Shown here: positions 36,352-43,673 of the stretch, in pieces
Position numbering within the stretch: the first letter of the stretch is position 1
How the letters are laid out: the number at the start of each line of letters is the position of its first letter
From: a candidate division WOR-3 bacterium
GTDB taxonomy: Bacteria; Hydrothermota; Hydrothermia; LBFQ01
Assembly (NCBI GenBank): GCA_027050205.1
Contig: JALUCS010000063.1
Coordinates: 1 to 43,673 of the forward strand
DNA: 43,673 nucleotides
Direction of reading: 5' to 3'
Translations under genes and position numbers: made by a program
Notes under the pieces: model-generated
Seen by the model: only the letters and a program-made list of their open reading frames with translations
The model's database searches: none
What the model was told of the DNA's origin: nothing

Positions 36352-38874
36352 TCAGAGGGCCGCGAGTTCCCTGTTGGTCTTGAAGACGGGTTCCCTCCTC
36401 TCCGGGTCAAGGTCGGCTATGACCGTATCCCCCTCCTTCACCTCCCCTGCTATGAGAAGCTCGGACAGCGGCTCCTCTATGTACTTGCGAATGACACGGC
36501 GTAGGGGACGGGCACCGTACTCCGGGTTGTACCCTTCATCTACTAAGAACTCCCGGAAGGAGTCCGTGAGGACGAGCCTTATCCTCTTCTCGGATAGACG
36601 CTGGCGGAGGTCCCGGAGCATTATCTCTACGATCTGGAGGAGGTCTTCCCTCTCCAGAGGCCTGAATATGATGATCTCGTCAAGCCTGTTTATGAACTCC
36701 GGCGGCAGTGTGCGCTTTATCTCGTTCATCAGGAGGTCCCTCATACGGGAGAAGTCCAAGTCCGACTCTCCGCCCTCAACCTCAAAGCCCATCCTTCTGG
36801 CCTCCTTTATCCGCCTGACGCCGATGTTGCTCGTCATTATGATGATGGTATTGCGGAAGGAGACCCTCCTGCCGAGGCCGTCGGTCAGTATGCCGTCTTC
36901 AAGGACCTGAAGTAGGACGTTCAGGACCTCCGGGTGGGCCTTCTCTATCTCGTCCAAGAGGACGACGGAGTAGGGCCTACGCTTAACGGCCTCCGTGAGC
37001 TGACCACCCTCCTCGTAGCCCACGTACCCCGGTGGCGCCCCTATGAGGCGGGAGACGCTGTGCCTCTCCATGTACTCGGACATATCTATCCGTATAAGGG
37101 CCTTCTCACTGCCGAACATGAACTCGGCGAGGGCCTTGGCCAGCTCGGTCTTACCCACGCCGGTGGGACCGAGGAAGAGGAAGGAGCCGATGGGCCTGCG
37201 GGTGTCCTTTATGCCGGACCTCGCCCTGCGGATGGCCTTCGCCAGGGCCTTTATTGCCTCGTCCTGACCGACCACCCTCCTCCTAAGCTCCTCCTCAAGG
37301 TGGAGCAGCCTCTTGGATTCGTCGTAGGTTATCTGCGAGACGGGTATGCCCGTCCACCTCGCCACCACCTTGGCCACGTCCTCCTCCGTGACTACGGGCC
37401 TGTGGGCCTCCTCTATCTCCCGTATGCGGCGGAGTATCTCCTTCTCCTTTAGCTCCAACTGCTCGTGGGCGCTAAGGCTCCGCCGCATAGACAGCTCCTT
37501 TATCCGCCGCACCTTCTCCAGCTCACCTTTCAGCCTCGTTAGCTGCTCCTCCACCTCCGGGTTCCTCTCCCGGAGCTTAACGGCCGCCCCGGCCTCGTCC
37601 ATCAGGTCTATGGCCTTGTCTGGTAGGTTCCGGTCGGTTATGTACCTATCGGAGAGCTTGACGGCAGCCTCTATGGCCTCATCCGTGTACCTCACCCTGT
37701 GGAACTCCTCGTACCTCGGCTTCAGGTGGCGGAGGATCTCTATGGCCTCGTCTACGGTCGGAGGCTCCACGTATACGGGCTGGAACCTCCGCTCAAGGGC
37801 GCCGTCATGCTCTATATGCTTCTTGTACTCATCTACCGTCGTCGCTCCTATTATCTGGATCTGGCCCCTCGCCAGGGCGGGTTTGAGGATGTTGGCGGCG
37901 TCCAAGGCCCCCTCCGCCGCACCGGCCCCCACGAGGGTGTGCAGCTCGTCTATGAAGAGGATGACGTCCGGTGCGTTGGTGACCTCGTTGATTATGGACT
38001 TTATCCTCTCCTCAAACTGCCCCCTGTACTTGGTACCGGCCACTATCCCGGCCAGGTCCAGGGCCACTATCCTCTTTCCCTTCAGGGCGTCGGGTACCTC
38101 ACCCTTCACTATCCTCTGGGCGAGGCCCTCAACTATGGCCGTCTTTCCTACCCCCGGCTCTCCAAGCAGGACGGGGTTGTTCTTCTTCCTGCGGGAGAGG
38201 ATGTGTATGACCCGCTCTATCTCCCTCTCTCTACCCACCACGGGGTCGAGTTTACCCTCTTTCGCCAGTTTGGTGAGGTCTACGGAGAACTGGTCCAGGG
38301 TCCGGGTGTTGCTCCTCTGGGGCCTGCGGGGTACCCTACGGCGGGATGTGGGTTCCTCAAAGGTTATGCGAGGGGAGGGGAGGTCAAAGTGTCCGTAGGG
38401 GGAGATGTTGTCGTCGTGGCGGCCGAGGTCCCTCAACCGGATTATCTCCTGCCTGACCCAATCTGGGGCGATGCCGAAGCGGTTGCGGAGTATCTGGGAG
38501 GGATAGGAGTTCCTCTCCTCAACTATGCCAAGGAGTATATGCTCCGTCCCCACGAGGTTGCTTCCGAGTTTGCGGGCCTCATCCACGGCGATATTCAGGA
38601 CCCTCTTGGCCGTCGCCGATAACGGTATCTCTTGGGGATAGTTCCTCCTTTTGGGTCCCTTGGTCAGGCCCCTCGTTATCTCCTCCCGAAGCTCGTCCAA
38701 GTCCACACCGAAGTTGGTCAGGATGGTAGAGGCCATACACTCCTTCAGGCGGGTGATGGCGAGGAGGAAATGCTCGGCGCTCATATAGTCGTGGTTGAAG
38801 CTCATAGCCTCCTGGCGCGCTATCATAAGGAGCCTGCGCGCCTTGTCCGTGAAACTCGGACTGCCCATGAACAT
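36352..38874 (-). CDS. clpC: ATP-dependent Clp protease ATPase subunit ClpC
   Basis: Clp N repeats, [27 protein letters not shown] ClpP-docking loop. Start may be ATG 38868. Confidence 0.92.
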   Translation of the reverse strand: MFMGSPSFTDKARRLLMIARQEAMSFNHDYMSAEHFLLAITRLKECMASTILTNFGVDLDELREEITRGLTKGPKRRNYPQEIPLSATAKRVLNIAVDEARKLGSNLVGTEHILLGIVEERNSYPSQILRNRFGIAPDWVRQEIIRLRDLGRHDDNISPYGHFDLPSPRITFEEPTSRRRVPRRPQRSNTRTLDQFSVDLTKLAKEGKLDPVVGREREIERVIHILSRRKKNNPVLLGEPGVGKTAIVEGLAQRIVKGEVPDALKGKRIVALDLAGIVAGTKYRGQFEERIKSIINEVTNAPDVILFIDELHTLVGAGAAEGALDAANILKPALARGQIQIIGATTVDEYKKHIEHDGALERRFQPVYVEPPTVDEAIEILRHLKPRYEEFHRVRYTDEAIEAAVKLSDRYITDRNLPDKAIDLMDEAGAAVKLRERNPEVEEQLTRLKGELEKVRRIKELSMRRSLSAHEQLELKEKEILRRIREIEEAHRPVVTEEDVAKVVARWTGIPVSQITYDESKRLLHLEEELRRRVVGQDEAIKALAKAIRRARSGIKDTRRPIGSFLFLGPTGVGKTELAKALAEFMFGSEKALIRIDMSEYMERHSVSRLIGAPPGYVGYEEGGQLTEAVKRRPYSVVLLDEIEKAHPEVLNVLLQVLEDGILTDGLGRRVSFRNTIIIMTSNIGVRRIKEARRMGFEVEGGESDLDFSRMRDLLMNEIKRTLPPEFINRLDEIIIFRPLEREDLLQIVEIMLRDLRQRLSEKRIRLVLTDSFREFLVDEGYNPEYGARPLRRVIRKYIEEPLSELLIAGEVKEGDTVIADLDPERREPVFKTNRELAAL

Positions 38875-38877
38875 CCC

Positions 38878-39486
38878 TTACTTCACCTCGCTTAGCAGTT
38901 TAACCTTCCGAAGGAGCGCTTGGGCGTCCTCCCTGTAGGGTGAATCGTAATCTTCGGCTATCTCCTTCAGGAGTTTCCGGGCCTCCCCGTACTTCCCCTC
39001 GGAGTAGAGGACCTTCGCCCTGCGGAAGCGGAAGTAGTCCCTGAAGGTGCGGTAGTCCGTAAGCCCCTCACCGCCCTTGAGGAGTTTTACGCCCTCGCTG
39101 ACGCTCCCGGCGGACAGCTTGAAGGAGGCGGCGTAGGAGTGGTAGGCGCTCTTTACGATGGGGTTCTTGCTGTCCCTTAGGAACTTGACGTAGTCGGCGG
39201 CCGACTTCTCCTTACCCTGAAAGAGCTCGGCCAGCATCAGGTCCATCGCGGCCATCCTACCCCAGAAGGTCTTGGGGTAGGCCGTAACGAGCTTTCTCAA
39301 GAGCGTGAGGGCGCCGGGATCTCCCATCATAGCCCGGATGTAGAGGACCTGTACGTCCTCCGCCTTCTTGCGGTTCTGGTTTAGGTAGTATATCCCGGCC
39401 CCCACCACCACCGCCAAGGCCACCACACCCAAGATGACGTTATCCCTGTTTTTCTTCACGTAGTCCCAAATCTTCTGAACGTCCAT
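38878..39486 (-). CDS. Membrane-anchored TPR protein (YfgM-like)
   Basis: N-terminal TM helix followed by TPR-like helices. Confidence 0.65.
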   Translation of the reverse strand: MDVQKIWDYVKKNRDNVILGVVALAVVVGAGIYYLNQNRKKAEDVQVLYIRAMMGDPGALTLLRKLVTAYPKTFWGRMAAMDLMLAELFQGKEKSAADYVKFLRDSKNPIVKSAYHSYAASFKLSAGSVSEGVKLLKGGEGLTDYRTFRDYFRFRRAKVLYSEGKYGEARKLLKEIAEDYDSPYREDAQALLRKVKLLSEVK

Positions 39487-40283
39487 GGGACAGTATTATA
39501 CGGCCGGACTGAAAGTTAATACCAGCGTTGGACGGTCGGAAACCGATCGCTTCGGAAGGAAGGAGCAGGGGAATGATGGGCGTAAAGTCCTTCAAAGATG
39601 AGTTGAAACCCTACCGTAAGATTTCGAACCTTACGGGCCGGCGATAAATCCGACAACTGTACCGTATTTGGGCCACCGAACTGCGCCTTTTGGATGTGGA
39701 TTTGGATGAAATCGCCCAATGGCCTACTCGGCAGGCGATAGACACCGCCAATAATTTCCATTCAAAATTTTTAAATATTTAGCATTGAACCTGATAGAAA
39801 GTTATCACCCGTTCCATAACTCGGTGAATATTTGGAGGATAGGATGATTTAGCACTACTGAACGTTAGTATGAGTTTCCAAGATCCGAACCTGGATCGTT
39901 GGGTATTCTGCGGACGGAGCGATGCTCACCTAATCCTCAACACCGTTCGGGAATCTGCAGGGTGTTAAAATCTTAAAGTCTGACTTCCAGTTCTTTAAAC
40001 ATACGTTTTATGTTTCTGAAAATACGGTTTTAGAATTTTGAAAATGGCTGGCATTCAAGGAGCAGCATTACGCTAATTACAGCAGGACTTCACGTTTCCA
40101 TCAACTTCATAGCTACCGGGCCTGTCAATCCATCTACCCTTTGAATGCCGTTTTGAAAGCGCGGTCGTGGCAATGTCGGGTAGAATGTGGGCTATCCTCC
40201 CATCAGCATAGCCCCAAATCAAGTTCATCCTACGGCCCCACCCGTTATCTCTCCGTTTGCTGAACCCTCCTACCTACGAGTAC

Positions 40284-40322
40284 TGTCTCACCTTTCAACG
40301 TATTTATGTAAAAGTGCGACAC
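40284..40322. promoter_or_regulatory. Second copy of the 39-bp palindromic element
   Basis: TGTCTCACCTTTCAACGTATTTATGTAAAAGTGCGACAC, upstream of TATAAT at 40350. Confidence 0.6.
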
Positions 40323-40369
40323 CCTAGACGACGGCGAAGGCCACCCCCGTATAATATCTCCGCCGCTCT

Positions 40370-40981
40370 ATGGGTTTGAACTACGGCGTATTCCTCTGGT
40401 TGGGGTGGGGATGGGTCAAATTTTCCCCCCTCCTTGAGGACCTTCAAGGCAGGGGCTACACCGTTGAGATAGACCGAACGGCCTACGTCGGAGGGTACGG
40501 CTACGTCTCCCCAACCCCATTCCTCTACGCCTTAGAGCTGGGTGTCTTCACCGGTGCGAAGGGGGAGGGTAGGGGCTACGCCCTATCCGTAGGCCAAGCT
40601 ACGGTGAAGGGGACGGTGGGGTACCGGTACTTCCGGTGGAGGGTCCGAGAGAGGAACATGGACCTCTACCCCTTTCTCGGTGTGGGGTACGGGAGGGTGT
40701 GGGTCTCCTTCTCCTCCACAGGGGACCTGTCCTATGGGGACTTTACGGCGGATCCCGGCAGGGGAGGGACGATGTATAAGAACGACTACCTCGCCACCTT
40801 CGGCCTGGGCGCCCTCCTCGACTTCGGTTTCACCGTCGCCATCACCTTGGGCTACGACCTTAGCGTTGCGAGGGAGGTCTGGGTCTACGGGGACGACCAC
40901 CTTGACGGGGGACCGGACGTATCGCCCTACGGCCTGAACGCCCGCTTTATGGTGGGGTACGCGGGGGACTGGGGTGAGTAG
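40370..40981 (+). CDS. Probable small outer-membrane beta-barrel protein
   Basis: Gly/aromatic alternating strands (LYPFLGVGYG, ITLGYD, RFMVGY). Confidence 0.55.
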   Translation: MGLNYGVFLWLGWGWVKFSPLLEDLQGRGYTVEIDRTAYVGGYGYVSPTPFLYALELGVFTGAKGEGRGYALSVGQATVKGTVGYRYFRWRVRERNMDLYPFLGVGYGRVWVSFSSTGDLSYGDFTADPGRGGTMYKNDYLATFGLGALLDFGFTVAITLGYDLSVAREVWVYGDDHLDGGPDVSPYGLNARFMVGYAGDWGE

Positions 40982-41624
40982 GAGGCTCCTACCTCGCGAA
41001 AAGGCCCTGAAGTTCGGCGTATCCGCCCTTGAGGATTATGAGCTTGTGGCTATCCTCCTCTCCACCGGTACCAACAGGATGGACGTCTTCACCCTCGCCC
41101 GCTCCATTCTGGACGACTTCAACCTTAGGGAGTTGGCCGAGCTTCCCGTAAAGTCCTTGATGCAGATCGGTGGGATAGGACCCGCCAAGGCTGTCAGGTT
41201 GGCCGCCGCTTTTGAGGTCGGTAGGAGGGTCTTCCTCCCCCCGGAGGGTTTCCTTGACCACGAGGGGGTGAAGTTTATGTTGAGGGATATGGCGAAGAGC
41301 AGGAGGGAGATGCTGTTGGTGGCTATGTACGACGCCGCCGGCCGTTTCTTGGGCAAGGAGGTGGTGGCCGTAGGTTCTATGAACGTCGTACATGTGCATA
41401 TGCGGGAGGTCTTTGAGCCGATCTTCCGTACGGGGGCGACCCGGTTCATAGTGGCCCACAACCATCCGGACGGTGGGATAGAGCCTTCACCGGAGGACAG
41501 GGAGTTCTCCCGGAGGGTTGAGGACCTGGCGGAGGCCCTCGGTTTCGTCCTGGTTGAGAGCTTCGTAGTGGGGAGGGGTAGGGCGGTGGGGATCCTCGGA
41601 GGTACCCTGATAGACCTCACTTAG
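40974..41624 (+). CDS. radC: RadC/JAB-domain protein
   Basis: PREK..FG..AL.DYEL, GIGPAKA, AHNHPDG..EPSPED. The usual C-terminal LLDH is replaced by LVES. Confidence 0.88.
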   Translation: MSRRLLPREKALKFGVSALEDYELVAILLSTGTNRMDVFTLARSILDDFNLRELAELPVKSLMQIGGIGPAKAVRLAAAFEVGRRVFLPPEGFLDHEGVKFMLRDMAKSRREMLLVAMYDAAGRFLGKEVVAVGSMNVVHVHMREVFEPIFRTGATRFIVAHNHPDGGIEPSPEDREFSRRVEDLAEALGFVLVESFVVGRGRAVGILGGTLIDLT

Positions 41625-42768
41625 AAAACCGCTCCTTGAGGAAGACGGCCCAAGGCTCCGTCTCCTCCGACAGGAAGGTACCGTACCTCCCCGTTATGAA
41701 GTGATCCATAGGTATATGCTTCAACTCCCCCAACCTGCCCAGGTACTCCTCGTACCTCCTCCGCGGGTCCTTGCTCTTCTGAAATATCAGGTGGGCGTAC
41801 TCCTTTCCCTCGCTGCCAAGGAGCCGGTGGAAGACGAGGACGGGGATGCTCCTGTTCGGGCGGGGTAGGTGCACCTCCCTCCTCCCCTCCATCACCCTCG
41901 CTTTCCCGGCCAGGGTCAAGAACCTCCTCCCGTGGTGAAACTTGTCAACGTACCACCACTGCGAGCGGTATCCAAAGGTACCCCGGCGAGGTATGGGGTC
42001 CCCCCTCAAAACGGCCTCGGCGAAACTCTTCTGCTGTGAGAACCTCGGTACATCCGGAACCTCCGGCACCTTACATCGGAAGAGGGACATATAGAGTTTG
42101 GACAGCTCTACGGAAAACCTGTCCCCAAGTTGCTCGGCTATGTACCTCGCCGCTTCCAAGTCCGTAGGGTTCAACCCCAGAAACCCCTTCAGGAGCAGGG
42201 TATCTATGCCCCATCCTACGTATCCGCCCCTAAAGGAGCGGTATGCTACGGAGTTCAACAGCTCCAGTCCCTCCCCCACCGTCCCGGCCGTTACGAGGAA
42301 GATTCCCCTTAGGTAATCGGCGTAGAGTTTGGACATCACCGACTCGCCGAGTGGCTCCACCCTATCCGGCCGCTTCCCCGTAAGGATATCCAGGTATATA
42401 CGCAGGAACTTGCTCCTATCTTCCAGCCGTCCCCACTCCTGCTCTGCCTCCTCCACATACCCAAGGGAGGCGAGGATCCAGACCCTCGCTCGCCCCGGCA
42501 CCTCTGGGAGGATGGAGAACAGCTCCCGGAGTCTCATACCCCTGAAGAGCATAACCGCCAGGGTATCCTTCCTTTCCCTAAAGAAGTGCGGGTACTTCAG
42601 ATACAGATCTTCCAGCTCTGATATACGCCTTGCGGTCACTAAAGCGTTGGCGAGGACTGTAAAGGAACGTACGTCTTTCTTCTGATAAAATGCCGTATAT
42701 GCCATCTTCACGGCCTCCGCAACCCTTCCCTCCTGTATTAGGCCATCTATGAAAGAGTATATTTCCAC
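41617..42768 (-). CDS. Hypothetical helical protein with possible C-terminal winged-HTH; paralogue of 23985-25157
   Basis: TPR-like helices and shared C-terminal motifs. Confidence 0.6.
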   Translation of the reverse strand: MEIYSFIDGLIQEGRVAEAVKMAYTAFYQKKDVRSFTVLANALVTARRISELEDLYLKYPHFFRERKDTLAVMLFRGMRLRELFSILPEVPGRARVWILASLGYVEEAEQEWGRLEDRSKFLRIYLDILTGKRPDRVEPLGESVMSKLYADYLRGIFLVTAGTVGEGLELLNSVAYRSFRGGYVGWGIDTLLLKGFLGLNPTDLEAARYIAEQLGDRFSVELSKLYMSLFRCKVPEVPDVPRFSQQKSFAEAVLRGDPIPRRGTFGYRSQWWYVDKFHHGRRFLTLAGKARVMEGRREVHLPRPNRSIPVLVFHRLLGSEGKEYAHLIFQKSKDPRRRYEEYLGRLGELKHIPMDHFITGRYGTFLSEETEPWAVFLKERFSK

Positions 42769-42828
42769 AGATTAAAGTATTTTAAGCGGGTAAAGGGAGA
42801 CCGTATGCCCTCCTTACAATACCCCCCG

Positions 42829-43673
42829 GTGCTGCTGCTCTCCCTGACCTTCCTCCCCGACAGCGTTATCGTGGGCCTTAACGGGGGGGTACCCGTCAGG
42901 GAGGTGGTGGCGTTGGCCGGTGGGCGTAAGTACAGGGTCAGGGCGAAGGGGGGGAGGTTGTTGGTAAACGGGGTGAGGCGGCGGAGACTCGTCCTGAAGA
43001 ACGCTCGCATCCTCAAGCCGATGAGGGGGGATTACCCCGGCCTCCTCATACTCAAGCCCAAGGGTAAGGGCATCCTGATGCTCAACAAGGTGCCAAGGGA
43101 AGAGTACGTAGCAGACGTAATTGCCAGCGAGATGGGGGACGCTCCCCTTGAGGCCCTCAAGGCCCAGGCCGTCCTGGCCCGCACCTTCCTGATGAGGTGG
43201 GGGAAGAGGCACGGCACCTTCCACGCCTGCGACCGGGACCACTGCCAGAGGTACGAGGGGAGGAACAGGGCGAAGCCTATCCACCGTAGGGCCGCCCGTG
43301 AGACGAGGGGGTTGGTCCTAACCTACAGGGGGAGGCCGGTTGAGGTACTCTACCACGCCTCCTGTGGGGGGTGGGTGTGCGAACCGAGGTACGTTTGGCG
43401 TAAGGCGAAGAGCCTGCCCTACTTCTGGACAGGGGAGGACGAGGACTGCTTTGAGGACGACAACGTCAGGTATACCTGGAAGGTCTTCGCCCCTCTTAAG
43501 ACCTGCCCCCGCGTCAAGAGGGTACCCGGCTCCCTCCGGGTATATATGATGATGATAGGGAGAGACACCCTCTACGCGTACGATATCCGCCGCAAGTTCA
43601 ACCTGCCGAGTACGGTCTTCGCGTACTGGTGTACCCGCACGGGGGTTATGTTCTTGGGGACGGGGAGGGGCCA
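42829..43673 (+). CDS. SpoIID/LytB-domain protein (runs off the window; absent from the ORF track)
   Basis: EEYVADVIASEM, EALKAQAVLARTF, CDRDHCQRYEG, YHASCGG, ending GTGRG. GTG 42829 lies 8 nt after TACAAT; alternative ATG at 42805. Confidence 0.85.
   Translation, partial: MLLLSLTFLPDSVIVGLNGGVPVREVVALAGGRKYRVRAKGGRLLVNGVRRRRLVLKNARILKPMRGDYPGLLILKPKGKGILMLNKVPREEYVADVIASEMGDAPLEALKAQAVLARTFLMRWGKRHGTFHACDRDHCQRYEGRNRAKPIHRRAARETRGLVLTYRGRPVEVLYHASCGGWVCEPRYVWRKAKSLPYFWTGEDEDCFEDDNVRYTWKVFAPLKTCPRVKRVPGSLRVYMMMIGRDTLYAYDIRRKFNLPSTVFAYWCTRTGVMFLGTGRG

Noticed and set aside
37346..38622. 350-aa and 307-aa + strand ORFs
   Set aside because: Antisense shadows of clpC, expected from GC-rich codon bias.

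Overview
Bacterial chromosomal window, probably from a thermophilic diderm (inferred from an LpxH-like gene, beta-barrel proteins and a polyamine cluster). The left third (2680-16337) is a type III-B CRISPR effector operon with no array, cas6 or cas1/2 visible in the window. It carries cas10/cmr2 (GGDD intact, no recognisable HD motif), two cmr1 paralogues, cmr3-6, and a cyclic-oligoadenylate module: Csx1, the ring nuclease Csx3 and a 4-TM+CARF membrane protein. Two insertions interrupt the operon. One is a type II restriction-modification pair bracketed by a 24-bp duplication of the cmr3 start and translationally coupled at its junctions. The other is a decayed antitoxin/nucleotidyltransferase pair. 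The remainder is mostly housekeeping: gltX, ComEA-like, acpS, nuoH, tRNA-Val, an ABC transporter, csaA, speE-pdaD-speE, queG, smpB, clpC, radC and SpoIID. It also holds a cluster of five Roadblock/LC7 genes with two small paralogous partner genes and no GTPase. Window-wide signals are a 39-bp palindromic element before cas10, the OMP-radC pair and (degenerate) the radical SAM gene, pervasive leaderless-type promoters, and strong TCGA avoidance. All calls come from reading motifs by eye; no searches were run.
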